From Bacilli bacterium (lineage in GTDB: Bacteria > Bacillota_I > Bacilli_A > RFN20 > CAG-826), in NCBI GenBank assembly GCA_022653695.1, contig JALCSW010000002.1, positions 278,605 through 342,604 on the forward strand: a stretch of DNA of 64,000 nucleotides, given 5' to 3'. Made by a program: the position numbers and the translations under genes. Below the pieces are notes generated by a model that worked only from the letters and a program-made list of their open reading frames with translations, had not been told where the DNA came from and made no database searches. Position 1 is the first letter of the stretch. Each line of letters starts with the position of its first letter. Below are positions 53,090 through 62,914 of the stretch, one piece after another.

Positions 53090-54444
53090 TGGGCCGCCCT
53101 GCCAAGCATGTATATCGCTCGCGCATAGATGGCGATATCCTTCTCGAAATCGTCCATGTAAATGTATTCGTCGACCCCGTGCATATTGCCAGGGTGCCCT
53201 TTCCATTCGGCGCCGAAAGCCACCGTGTTTTTGGCTTCCTTGGCGTAAGTGCCCCCGCCGATGGCGAGAGGTTTGGCGGAAAGGGAATGGGTCGCCTTCC
53301 TAAATGCCTTAAGCAAGGTCGAGACGAGAACGCTCGTCTTGTCGAAAAGGAGAACCGGGCTTTCGCTCATGAGGTTGCAGACGAGGCCCGTCTTCTTTTC
53401 GAAAGCGTGGATGAGGATATCGGGCTTCGCCGTCTCCCCATAACGGAAATCGATCGACACCCTGAGGACTTTCCCATCGTATTTGACGATGCCGTAGTTG
53501 TAAGTGGAGTCCCCCAGTTCGGGCGAATGCTCATAGCCGCCGAAGGATTTGCCGTTCGGATCGGCCAAAGAGGCGGCTAGGGAAAGCAAAAACGGGTTAT
53601 GGTAGAATTCCCCCAAGGTTTTGAAGGCCAGAAGAGCGGCGTTCACGCCAAGCTCCGGGGTGGATCCGTGAGCCGCCTTGCCTTTGAAGGAAACGAGGTC
53701 GGCCCCTTCGCCAAGGGAAACGTCGCAGAGGTCTTTCTTCTCAGCGAGGAATTTCTCGAGCGCCTCGTCTTTCCTCACGGTCGCGACGAGTTTGTCGCAA
53801 ACGGCGTTGCCGACGAGGCCCCCGTCCATCGCGATGATGGGCTTCAGGTCGCAAATGCGCGTCGCCTCGTAGCGGCGAATGCCCTTCTCGGCATAGATGA
53901 GGGGCCAGTTGGCGTCGGGCGTGAAGCCGAACTTCGGCTCCTCGCCTTTATGCTCCTTGAAGTAATAGGCAAGGCACGAGGAGCCGCGCTCCTCGTCGCC
54001 GCCGGAGACGAGTTTGACCCGAAAGCCCTTGATAAGCCCTCGGTCCTTGAGCCCTTTTAGGGCGTAAAGGGACGCCAGAAGCGGCCCTTTGTCGTCGCAG
54101 GTCCCGCGGCCCCACATGCGGCCGTCCTTCACTTCCCCGCCGAATTCGGGATGGCTCCAGGCCCCGGATACCGGCACGACGTCGCTATGGCCATAGATCC
54201 CGATGAGCGGCCCCTCCTCGCCGAAGGAAAGCTCGGTGCAATACCCATCGCACTTATCGACCTTGAAACCGTAATCATCGCCGAGTTTGGCCAGATAATC
54301 GAGGGCCTTCTTGACGCCGGCCCCATAGGGCTGGCCGTTTTTGACGGTCCCCTCATCGTAAACCGAATCGATCCCGACGAATCTTTGCAAGGCGATGGTG
54401 GCGTTCTTCAGTTCGCCTTTGGCGAGTTTTTTGTAATTTATCAT
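53086..54444 (-). CDS. pepV: M20 family dipeptidase (PepV-like)
   Basis: GIYGHSDVVP, GRGTCDDKGP and GGDEERGS metal-site motifs. Confidence 0.88.
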   Translation of the reverse strand: MINYKKLAKGELKNATIALQRFVGIDSVYDEGTVKNGQPYGAGVKKALDYLAKLGDDYGFKVDKCDGYCTELSFGEEGPLIGIYGHSDVVPVSGAWSHPEFGGEVKDGRMWGRGTCDDKGPLLASLYALKGLKDRGLIKGFRVKLVSGGDEERGSSCLAYYFKEHKGEEPKFGFTPDANWPLIYAEKGIRRYEATRICDLKPIIAMDGGLVGNAVCDKLVATVRKDEALEKFLAEKKDLCDVSLGEGADLVSFKGKAAHGSTPELGVNAALLAFKTLGEFYHNPFLLSLAASLADPNGKSFGGYEHSPELGDSTYNYGIVKYDGKVLRVSIDFRYGETAKPDILIHAFEKKTGLVCNLMSESPVLLFDKTSVLVSTLLKAFRKATHSLSAKPLAIGGGTYAKEAKNTVAFGAEWKGHPGNMHGVDEYIYMDDFEKDIAIYARAIYMLGRAAQ

Positions 54445-54462
54445 GGCTATGCGCCCCTTTTT

Positions 54463-55146
54463 CTATCCCTTCGCGAACCTTCTCGTCGCTTTGCCGACGG
54501 CCGGCACGACGATGGCGGCCAGCGTCGCCTCGCCCGCCATCCCGATGGCCACCACCGCGATCGTAAGGGCCGATAAAGCCGTGCCGACGCTTGAAGTGGC
54601 GTAAAGGATCTGGTTGGTCTCCGCCGGGAAGAAGAGATACAAGTCAAGGAAGACCAATATCGTGTGGACGCAGGTTAGGAGGAAACTTGTTCCTCCTATC
54701 GCCAAAGCGTTCTTGTATATTTTAGTATCCTTCCGCATCAAGTGAAAGAGCAAGCCCGCCAGGAAACCAAAAAGCATCCGGGAGGGGAGGCTGACCCAAG
54801 GATAGACGAAGAAAGCGTTGAAACCGGCCGGCTGCAAAATGGCGGCCAAGTTGCTCGTGAGGCCGAAGAAAAAACCGTAAAGCGTCCCCTTCTTGGCTCC
54901 GTAAAGGTAAGCCCCGACGAGAACGGGGATGTGGATGAGGGTAAAGGAAAGGCCCGGCAGAATCTCGATGTAGCCAAACTGGGGAACGAGGCCCATCACG
55001 AAAATGAGGGCCAAAAAGAAAGAATCCACCGCCATCTGATGGCTCGAGGCGCCTTTCCGCAAACGCGGCTCCAAATGGAAAACGTACAGCAAGAGGGCGA
55101 CAAGGGCTATTGAGACGAGCCCAAAAACCAAGCGTCGCGTGTCCAT
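54463..55146 (-). CDS. ECF transporter S component (substrate unknown; pantothenate inferred from context)
   Basis: Six-helix small membrane protein with an ECF-S-like pattern (FTLIHIPVLVGAYLYG). Lies immediately downstream of coaX. Confidence 0.6.
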   Translation of the reverse strand: MDTRRLVFGLVSIALVALLLYVFHLEPRLRKGASSHQMAVDSFFLALIFVMGLVPQFGYIEILPGLSFTLIHIPVLVGAYLYGAKKGTLYGFFFGLTSNLAAILQPAGFNAFFVYPWVSLPSRMLFGFLAGLLFHLMRKDTKIYKNALAIGGTSFLLTCVHTILVFLDLYLFFPAETNQILYATSSVGTALSALTIAVVAIGMAGEATLAAIVVPAVGKATRRFAKG

Positions 55147-55148
55147 GG

Positions 55149-55916
55149 CTATCCCCTGCGGTTCCTTTGATAGATCCCCTCAAGCCCGTACAGCGAGAGG
55201 TTGTCGTCCATCAGGAAGGCGTCCGTAAGTATTTCCCTGACGTAAGCCGCGTTGCCCCCCGTAAGGATCCGCTTCAAAGGATAGCCGGCTTCCTTCTCGA
55301 AGGCGGAGGCGAAAGCCTCGATTTGGAACGCCGTCCCGTAGGCGAGGCCCGAATTCATGCAATCGACGGTGTTCTTGCCGATGACTTTCCTAGGGGCGAT
55401 CATGGAGACTTCCGGAAGGGCGCTCGTGCGATTCACGAGGGCGTCCATGGAAATCGAAAGCCCAGGGGCGATCACGAGCCCCGAAAAAGCCCCGTCCCCA
55501 TCAAGAAGCAAGAACTTGTTGGCGGTTCCGAGGTCGGCGATGAAAAGCCGTTTTCCGTAACGGATGGTTCCGCCCACGGCGTCGCAAACGAGGTCGCTGC
55601 CGACTTCCAGCGGGTTATCGAACCGCAAAGGCACGCCAGTCTTCAAGCCAGGGCCGACGCTGAGGGCCGTCAAACCGAGATATTCTTTTGCCAAAAGGCA
55701 AAGCAACGTTTTCAGCGAAGGGACGACGCTTGAGACGATGACCGCCCCAATGCGGGAAAGAAAATCGTGGGTTTGCAAAAAAAGGTCGATGCGCGCCTTG
55801 TATTCGTCATGGGTTTCGCGGACGTTCGTTTCGCGTTGGAACGTGCCGACGAGCCGACCCTCCGAAAACAAACCGAATTTCGTGAGCGTGTTGCCCACGT
55901 CGACAGCAAGCAGCAT
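55149..55916 (-). CDS. coaX: type III pantothenate kinase
   Basis: MLLAVDVGNTLTKFGLF..., IADLGTA, and a C-terminal GGNA region. GGAGG lies 8 nt upstream of the chosen Met. Confidence 0.92.
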   Translation of the reverse strand: MLLAVDVGNTLTKFGLFSEGRLVGTFQRETNVRETHDEYKARIDLFLQTHDFLSRIGAVIVSSVVPSLKTLLCLLAKEYLGLTALSVGPGLKTGVPLRFDNPLEVGSDLVCDAVGGTIRYGKRLFIADLGTANKFLLLDGDGAFSGLVIAPGLSISMDALVNRTSALPEVSMIAPRKVIGKNTVDCMNSGLAYGTAFQIEAFASAFEKEAGYPLKRILTGGNAAYVREILTDAFLMDDNLSLYGLEGIYQRNRRG

Positions 55917-55981
55917 AAGGATTGCCTCCGCTATGGTCCTCCCCTTAATGGGCGGTACCATGCAAAGGTATTATAGCAGGC

Positions 55982-56521
55982 TTACTTCTTTTTGAAGACC
56001 CATCCGTCGGATTTCCGCCCGTCTTTTTCCGTCCGCGACCCTGCCGTCCTTGCCTTGGGGGCCGCCTCGTTCCCGTTTTGGGCGCCCGAAGCCTCAGGGG
56101 CGGTTTTCTTGGGGACGCCGCCGCGGCATCCAAACCAATGCAGAACGGCCCCGGCGAAATAGACGACCGCGAAGGCAAGGGGCACGAAACGGTCGATGAG
56201 CGAGGTGTCGCCTTGAGTCTCGGCCAAGGCGACCATTATCTCTTCCATCACGAAAGCGGCGACCGCGAAGGAATATACGTAAAGACGGATGGAAGGGCGG
56301 TCCTTCCTGCCCAAAAGAAAGAACGGCAAAACCCCGATGGCAAGGTAGAAAAGGCAACGAACGAGGCTGAGGGCAAGGCTCAGGTAACCGTATCCCGGTT
56401 CGGCGTAAATCGAAGGGTCGCCGCGGAAAAGGGTCATGAGGATCATGACAAGCCAAACGAGCCCGAAAAGAGCGTAGAGGACCCCGCCGATGAGAAGAAC
56501 GACCGTCCCCGCCCGTTTCAT
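55982..56521 (-). CDS. membrane protein (179 aa, 4-5 helices) with a basic, low-complexity tail
   Basis: MKRAGTVVLLIGGVLYALFGLVWLVMIL... ATGA overlap with the PI-PLC stop. The longer track ORF was rejected. Confidence 0.6.
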   Translation of the reverse strand: MKRAGTVVLLIGGVLYALFGLVWLVMILMTLFRGDPSIYAEPGYGYLSLALSLVRCLFYLAIGVLPFFLLGRKDRPSIRLYVYSFAVAAFVMEEIMVALAETQGDTSLIDRFVPLAFAVVYFAGAVLHWFGCRGGVPKKTAPEASGAQNGNEAAPKARTAGSRTEKDGRKSDGWVFKKK

Positions 56522-57444
56522 GCGTTGACTCCTATGATCGCGCTGGCGAGATCCTCGGTAAGGAAATCGAAGGGGACGATGCCCGTGAACGAGTGCTCGC
56601 CCGCATGTTCCTCGGCAAGCGGATTGACGTAGCGGGCCGTAGGGGCCGCGAGCGGCAATAAGCCGTTTACGTACCCGGACATGAAATTGATGACGAAGGT
56701 TGAGCCCCCCGAAAGCGAGTCCGCATAGGCAAAACAGGCGGCGGCTTCGCTCCATTTGGCCGCGTTGTCGCTGACCTTGTAGCGGTCCTGAACGTGGAAG
56801 GGGACGCCATTATCCATCTCGAAAGTGGCGTTGTCCCGCCACGAGTCGCCGCCGCAGTCCAACCCCATGGTCGGGTTGGCGTAGCGGGAAAGGAGGACGA
56901 TTCTCCCTCGGACCTCCCTGAGCGTCGGGATGGCGTTTTCGGTATACCAATAATCGGCTTTCCCTTCCGCGATCGCCTCCGAAAGAAGCGCCTCGAAACC
57001 TCGGGTGCATTTGGAAGGTTTTTGCTCTTCCTTGACCGACATCACGATCGCTTCGCTTGAGTGGGCGTCGAGGAAGGCGTAGCAGGAGGAAAGGACGCTC
57101 GCGAAGGAGAGCCGCTGATCGATGAAGCCGTGATAGAGGGAAAGGGAGTCATCGACCCCTTTGAGACGGATGTCGAGGAAACGGGCCCCATAATCCAACT
57201 GCTCCCTTATGGAGGCATCCTGGCATTTGCCGGCGCTGTCGAAAAGGGAATGGGTCGCCCCGCTGTCATGGGTGCCCGGCAAACTGAGGGAAGAGAGCAG
57301 GCGGTCGCTCGGCAAGGCGGCCATCCAGTCGGCGTTGCCGGTTTTCTCCGAAGGGAGGCGCAATAGCGCGAGGGCCGCGGACAAAAAAGCCACCGCCGAA
57401 AGCGAAACGGCGATGAGGAGATGCTTCCGGAGGGTCTTTTCCAT
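56518..57444 (-). CDS. membrane-anchored phosphatidylinositol-specific phospholipase C (PLC X-domain) protein
   Basis: N-terminal anchor LLIAVSLSAVAFLSAALALL, then LSLPGTHDSGA...ARFLDIRL...LYHG (catalytic His/Arg pattern of bacterial PI-PLC). Confidence 0.85.
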   Translation of the reverse strand: MEKTLRKHLLIAVSLSAVAFLSAALALLRLPSEKTGNADWMAALPSDRLLSSLSLPGTHDSGATHSLFDSAGKCQDASIREQLDYGARFLDIRLKGVDDSLSLYHGFIDQRLSFASVLSSCYAFLDAHSSEAIVMSVKEEQKPSKCTRGFEALLSEAIAEGKADYWYTENAIPTLREVRGRIVLLSRYANPTMGLDCGGDSWRDNATFEMDNGVPFHVQDRYKVSDNAAKWSEAAACFAYADSLSGGSTFVINFMSGYVNGLLPLAAPTARYVNPLAEEHAGEHSFTGIVPFDFLTEDLASAIIGVNA

Positions 57445-57490
57445 TTCTTCAATTATACAAAAAGGGCCGAAGATTGTATCATTTATTCTT

Positions 57491-57937
57491 ATGAACCCCT
57501 TTTTGATCCACGGCGTCAAACGTTCCTTCCGCCTCGCCCTCATCATGACCGGCGCGTTTTTGCTTCTTTACGGGGCCCTCGTCAGCATGTACTGGGTCTA
57601 TCCGACGAAACTCGTCATCGGCGTCTTGGTCCTGACGGGCCTCGTTATCCTCGCTGGGGTGAGCGACCTTTTCTTCGCCGCCTACGGACGCTTCAAAAAA
57701 TACGGAAAACTCACGAGCCGCCCCCTTGAAGCCCGCGCCTACCTGAGGGATCCGCTGACGGAGGAGCCTTATGGGCGCCTCATGGGCCTCTACGAGCAAA
57801 ACGGCGTCACCATCCACAAACCCCTGATCGGGGCCTTTGGGAATAAATACGCCAAAACCGTCGGGGTCGGGACCCGCGTCAAATGCGCTTTGATGTCCAA
57901 CGGCGAATTGGCCTTGCTCGAAAAGCAAGGCGATTAA
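57491..57937 (+). CDS. small membrane protein (2 TM) with a soluble C-terminal domain
   Basis: [31 protein letters not shown]... GC-rich third positions. The track ORF start at 57209 was rejected because it runs through the divergent promoter. Confidence 0.55.
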   Translation: MNPFLIHGVKRSFRLALIMTGAFLLLYGALVSMYWVYPTKLVIGVLVLTGLVILAGVSDLFFAAYGRFKKYGKLTSRPLEARAYLRDPLTEEPYGRLMGLYEQNGVTIHKPLIGAFGNKYAKTVGVGTRVKCALMSNGELALLEKQGD

Positions 57938-60333
57938 ACGATGAAGTTGACGATCCTTCCTTTGACGACGATCGCCTTTTTGATGGGGCGGGACGCGATA
58001 TAGGCGCTGACTTTCGGGCTCGCCAAGGCGGCCTTTTGAAGGGCCGCGTCATCCAAGGAGGCGTCAACCTCGATGACGTCGCGGGTCTTGCCGTTGATGG
58101 CGACCGCGATTTTGACCGATGGCAAAACCAGTTTTCTCTCATCGAAAGTCGGCCACTTCTCGTAAGCGATGGTGCCATGGTGGCCTAGTAGGGACCACAT
58201 TTCCTCGCCGGCGAAAGGGCACACGCAACTGAAAATCTTCACGAAGCCCTCGATGTAGGGCCGGTAGAGCGTTTGGGCCTTGTAGCAATCGTTGACGAAC
58301 ACCATCATCTGACTGATGGCGGTGTTGAAGGAAAGGGCCTCGAAATCGGCGCTCGCCTTTTTGACGAGGAAATTGTAACTATAGTCAAGTTCGCCGGAAT
58401 TGGAGTCGGCGATTCTGGCCTTTATGTCCGCGTCGTCGACGAGCCGGAAAGCCCGCTCGATGAAGCGGCGCGCCCCGTCAAGGCCGGTCGTGGACCACGG
58501 CTTGACCTCGCTAAGCGGGCCGGCGAACATCTCGAAAAGGCGAAGCGCGTCGGCGCCGTGGCTCTTGACGATGTCATCCGGGTTGACGACGTTGCCGCAG
58601 GATTTCGACATTTTCTCGCCGTTGGCCCCCAAAATCATGCCCTGATGATAGAGTTTTCGGAACGGCTCGGGGCATTTGACGACCCCGATGTCATAAAGGA
58701 ATTTGTGCCAGAATCTGGCATAGAGGAGATGGAGGACCGCATGCTCTTGCCCGCCGACGTAAAGATCGACCGGCAGCCAGTGCTCGATGAGTTTGGGGTC
58801 GGCCAGCCGCTCCTCGTTATGGGGATCGAGGTAACGGATGTAGTACCAACAGGAGCCGGCCCACTGCGGCATCGTGTTGGTCTCGCGGAGGGCGGGCTTG
58901 CCCTCGTAGGTCGTCCTCACCCAGGATACGGCCTTGGACAAAGGCGGCTTCCCGTCTTTGCTTGGGCGGTAATCGTCGAGTTCCGGCAAGACCAGCGGAA
59001 GCTCGCTTTCGGGGATAGGGTGCTCTTTCCCGTCCTCGGTCTGGACGACGGGGATCGGCTCGCCCCAATAACGCTGACGGGAGAAAATCCAGTCGCGGAG
59101 CTTGTAATTGACGACTTCCTTCCCCGCCCCGATTTTGACGAGTTCGGCGGTGATCCGCCGCTTGGCTCCGGCGATGTCGAGGCCATCGGCGTAAGATGAG
59201 TTGATGTGCTTTCCGTCCCCTTCGTAGGCCCCTTCCGAGAGGTCGCCTTCAAGGACTTGGATCAGCGGAAGGCCGTATCGTTTGGCGAAAGCGTAGTCGC
59301 GCGCGTCATGGGCGGGGACGGCCATGACGGCCCCGGTGCCATAACTGCCAAGGACGTAATCGGCCACGTAAAGCGGTATCTCCCGCCCGCTAATGGGATT
59401 AATCGCGTAGGCCCCGGTGAAGACGCCGGTTTTTTCCTTGGCCAAGGAGGTGCGCAGCAAATCGCTCTTTCTGGCGGCGGCGGCCACGTAAGCGGAGACT
59501 TCCCCCTTCCGCTCTTTCGCCGTGATCGCCTTGACGAGGGGGTGCTCCGGGGCGAGGCAGCAATACGTGCACCCGAAAAGGGTGTCGACGCGGGTCGTGA
59601 AAACGTCGAAGGCCCTCTCGCTCCCTTTGATTTTGAACCTGATTTGGACGCCCGAAGAGGCGCCGATCCAGTTTTTTTGCATCTCGAGCGTCGATTTCGG
59701 CCAATCGAGAAGGCGAAGATCTTTCTCAAGGCGATCGGCGTATGCGGTGATTTTAAGGACCCATTGGCGCATCGGCATGCGGATGACGGGGTAACCGCCG
59801 CGCTCGCTCTTGCCATCAAGCACTTCCTCGTTGGCCAAAACGGTCCCAAGCTCGGGGCAATAGTTGACCGGCATATCGTCGACGTAGGCCAGGTCGTGCC
59901 TAAAAAGCTGAATGAAGATCCACTGCGTCCATTTGTAGTAATGGGGGTCGCTCGTGGCCAACTCCTTCGTCCAATCGTAGGAAAAGCCCAACGCTTGGAT
60001 CTGATCCTTGAAATGGGCGATGTTCCGTCGCGTGAAAACGTCCGGATGCTGGTTGTTTTTGATCGCGAACTGCTCGGCGGGAAGGCCGAAACTGTCCCAC
60101 CCCATCGGATGGAGGACGTTGAAACCCTGCATCCGTTTCATGCGGGCGAGGATGTCCGTCGCGGTGTAGCCTTCCGGATGGCCGACGTGGAGACCCTGCC
60201 CCGAAGGGTAGGGGAACATGTCGAGGACGTAGTATTTGGGTTTGGAAAAATCGTGGGTGTCGCAGACGAAAGTCCCCCGTTTTTCCCAAAAAGCCCTCCA
60301 TTTGCCTTCGATGAGGCGGTGATTGTATGCCAT
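57934..60333 (-). CDS. leuS: leucine--tRNA ligase
   Basis: [19 protein letters not shown] (HIGH region) and KMSKS motif present. 799 aa. Confidence 0.98.
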   Translation of the reverse strand: MAYNHRLIEGKWRAFWEKRGTFVCDTHDFSKPKYYVLDMFPYPSGQGLHVGHPEGYTATDILARMKRMQGFNVLHPMGWDSFGLPAEQFAIKNNQHPDVFTRRNIAHFKDQIQALGFSYDWTKELATSDPHYYKWTQWIFIQLFRHDLAYVDDMPVNYCPELGTVLANEEVLDGKSERGGYPVIRMPMRQWVLKITAYADRLEKDLRLLDWPKSTLEMQKNWIGASSGVQIRFKIKGSERAFDVFTTRVDTLFGCTYCCLAPEHPLVKAITAKERKGEVSAYVAAAARKSDLLRTSLAKEKTGVFTGAYAINPISGREIPLYVADYVLGSYGTGAVMAVPAHDARDYAFAKRYGLPLIQVLEGDLSEGAYEGDGKHINSSYADGLDIAGAKRRITAELVKIGAGKEVVNYKLRDWIFSRQRYWGEPIPVVQTEDGKEHPIPESELPLVLPELDDYRPSKDGKPPLSKAVSWVRTTYEGKPALRETNTMPQWAGSCWYYIRYLDPHNEERLADPKLIEHWLPVDLYVGGQEHAVLHLLYARFWHKFLYDIGVVKCPEPFRKLYHQGMILGANGEKMSKSCGNVVNPDDIVKSHGADALRLFEMFAGPLSEVKPWSTTGLDGARRFIERAFRLVDDADIKARIADSNSGELDYSYNFLVKKASADFEALSFNTAISQMMVFVNDCYKAQTLYRPYIEGFVKIFSCVCPFAGEEMWSLLGHHGTIAYEKWPTFDERKLVLPSVKIAVAINGKTRDVIEVDASLDDAALQKAALASPKVSAYIASRPIKKAIVVKGRIVNFIV

Positions 60334-60361
60334 GATGATGACCTTCTCTTTCTTTTAACGT

Positions 60362-61795
60362 CTATTTAAGCAGATTCTCATATAGTTTCACGTATCGTTT
60401 CTCGCTGCTCCTCCACGAACGATCGAGTCCCATGGCGCGTTTGGCCATCCCGAAATAGAGGCTTTGGTCTTTCGCGACTTTCCGCGAAAGGGACATCGCG
60501 TACTCGAGGCTGCCTTCGTCGTAATTGCGGAAGCCGATGCCATCGCACCCCTCCCCGCCTTTCGTCTCGTCGTATCCTTCGACGGTGTCGCTGAGCCCAC
60601 CCGTGAAGCGGACGATTGGCAAAGTGCCATAGCGTTGGGCGATCATCTGGCTCAGGCCGCAGGGCTCGAAGAGCGAAGGCATGAGGAAGAAGTCGCTGCC
60701 GGCGTAGATCTTATGGGCCAAAGGCCCGTTGTAGCCAATGTAGAGGCCCAAGGTGTCGGGGTAGCGTTTCCGCAGGGACTCGAAGCGTTGCTCAAGTTCG
60801 TATTCGCCGCTGCCGAGGACCGCCATCGAAGCCCCTTTGGACAGGGCCCGCTCGGCGCAGGGAAGGAGCAGATCGATGCCCTTCTGCCAGCTGAGTCGGC
60901 TCACAAAGCCATAGACGGGCCCCCCATACCACTTGATATGGAGGGAACTTAGCAAGGCGCTTTGGTTGGCGGATTTGCCATAACGAAGGGTTTTGGCGTC
61001 GTAATCCTTCGCGATGAAGGGATCCGTGGCCGGGTTCCACTCCTCGTAATCGATGCCGTTAAGGATGCCGAGGAAATCGTCGCGCCGGAGATTGAGGATC
61101 CCTTCAAGCCCCTGGCCGCTGTCGGAACGAAGAAGCTCCTCGCGATGGGTGGGCGAAACGGTCGTGATCCTGTCGCTATAGACGATGCCGCTCTTCAGGG
61201 TGGAGACCATCCCGTTGAAACGGACCTTGCCCGTGTCGAAAAGAGAATCGTCAAGACCGTAGAAATCCTGCAGGAAATAGCGGTCGATCATGCCTTTGAA
61301 GGCCGGATTATGGATCGTGAGGACGAACTTCATGCCGTCGTAGAAGGCATCGTCCCGCATTTTCTCTTTCGCGAGGCAGGGGACCATCGCCGTCTGCCAG
61401 TCGTGGACGTGAACGATGGAAGCCTTGAAGCCAATTTCCTTAAGAAGGCGGACCGAGGCTAAGGCGAAGAAAGCGAAACGTTCCCCGTCGTCGTCGTAGC
61501 CATAGAGTTTGTCGCGGTCGAAATAGTAATCGTTGGCGATGAGGTAGAAACGGATCCCGTCGATCGTCGTCTCATAGACCATGGCGGCTTGCCGCCGCCA
61601 CGACATGTAGACGGTGAAAGAAGCCACCTTCTTGAATTTGCGGGTCCCGTTCGCGATGCCCCGGTAGCAAGGGAGGACGACGATGACCTCGTGCCCGTCC
61701 CGGACAAGTTGCCCGCTCAAAGAATAAACGACGTCGGCCAAACCCCCCGATTTGCAAAGAGGATTCGACTCGCTGGATATCATCGCTATTTTCAT
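60362..61795 (-). CDS. glgA: glycogen synthase
   Basis: MKIAMISSESNPLCKSGGLADV hallmark N-terminus. Confidence 0.95.
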   Translation of the reverse strand: MKIAMISSESNPLCKSGGLADVVYSLSGQLVRDGHEVIVVLPCYRGIANGTRKFKKVASFTVYMSWRRQAAMVYETTIDGIRFYLIANDYYFDRDKLYGYDDDGERFAFFALASVRLLKEIGFKASIVHVHDWQTAMVPCLAKEKMRDDAFYDGMKFVLTIHNPAFKGMIDRYFLQDFYGLDDSLFDTGKVRFNGMVSTLKSGIVYSDRITTVSPTHREELLRSDSGQGLEGILNLRRDDFLGILNGIDYEEWNPATDPFIAKDYDAKTLRYGKSANQSALLSSLHIKWYGGPVYGFVSRLSWQKGIDLLLPCAERALSKGASMAVLGSGEYELEQRFESLRKRYPDTLGLYIGYNGPLAHKIYAGSDFFLMPSLFEPCGLSQMIAQRYGTLPIVRFTGGLSDTVEGYDETKGGEGCDGIGFRNYDEGSLEYAMSLSRKVAKDQSLYFGMAKRAMGLDRSWRSSEKRYVKLYENLLK

Positions 61796-62913
61796 AAAAT
61801 GGCCCCCTGATTTAAGTAAAGCACCGATTCCTTCGTGCCCGCGGCCTTATGGCCTTTGGTGACGATGCCGTATTTGTCGATCACGCAATCGCTGATCGCC
61901 GTGTCGGCCCCCAAAGCGACGTTCGAGAAGACGATCGAACGCTCGACTTTGGCCCCCTTGCCAACCTTGACGCCGCGGCAAATGATGGAATCCTTGACCG
62001 AGCCTTCGACGATGCAGCCATTGGCGACGAAGGAATTGCTGATGGAGGCTTCTCTGCCATAGAGAGCCGGCGGCGTGTCGTGAGTGACGGTGTAAATCGG
62101 CCAGTCGGGGCGGAAAAGGGCCTTCGCGGGCGCTTCCTTAAGAAGTTCGAAGGAATATTCCATGTAGTGGGCCAGACTATCGAAACTTCGGGCATAGCCC
62201 TTGTGCTCGTGGGCGTGGATTTTGATTTTGCCGGCCCGAAAGAGATACCCGATCATCTCGCGCATGCCATAAGTGGGGTCCACTTGGCCGTGCTTCTTGA
62301 TGAGATCGGCGAGGATCGGGCGGTTCACGATCCAGATCTCAAGGGAAACGTCGGCGTTCTTCTTCCGGCCCCCGTTGGGGTTAATGGATTCCACATAGCC
62401 ATCCTTATCGATCCCCAAGACCGATTCGTGACGGAAGGCCACATCGGCGTTGTTGACTTTCTGGTAAACCATCGTGACCGTTTCCTTACGGGCGATATGC
62501 TCGGCGAGGATCGGGCGAAAGTCGATGTCGAGGATAACGTGGGCGCTGGCGAAAACGAGATAATCGGCCTTGGAGTCGTAAAGGACCCAATCGTTCTGAC
62601 GAATGTTGGCGATGTCGCTGTTGCAAGCGGGATTGAGGGGGCCGTTTTCGTTATAGAAAAGCGCCCGGCGGCCGATCTTGGTGTTCGTCACCCACGCGGT
62701 CATGTTCCCCAAATGCTTAAGAACGGACCGTTGGTGGTCCTTCACCAAAATGCCGACGTCGGCGATGCCGCTGTTGCAGAAGTTGGACAGCGCGAAATCG
62801 ATGAAAGCGTACCGCCCGAGAAAAGAAGTCGAGGCCAAACACCGGTTCGCGGTGATCCCGCCCAAAGAAGGCGAGTTATGGCAGTCGATGAGACCAATGG
62901 CTTGCCGACTCAT
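61792..62913 (-). CDS. glgD: glucose-1-phosphate adenylyltransferase, GlgD subunit
   Basis: GlgC paralogue lacking the N-terminal GGxGxRL motif. Left-handed beta-helix C-terminus. Lies between glgC and glgA, with an ATGA overlap. Confidence 0.88.
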   Translation of the reverse strand: MSRQAIGLIDCHNSPSLGGITANRCLASTSFLGRYAFIDFALSNFCNSGIADVGILVKDHQRSVLKHLGNMTAWVTNTKIGRRALFYNENGPLNPACNSDIANIRQNDWVLYDSKADYLVFASAHVILDIDFRPILAEHIARKETVTMVYQKVNNADVAFRHESVLGIDKDGYVESINPNGGRKKNADVSLEIWIVNRPILADLIKKHGQVDPTYGMREMIGYLFRAGKIKIHAHEHKGYARSFDSLAHYMEYSFELLKEAPAKALFRPDWPIYTVTHDTPPALYGREASISNSFVANGCIVEGSVKDSIICRGVKVGKGAKVERSIVFSNVALGADTAISDCVIDKYGIVTKGHKAAGTKESVLYLNQGAIL

Positions 62914-62914
62914 T

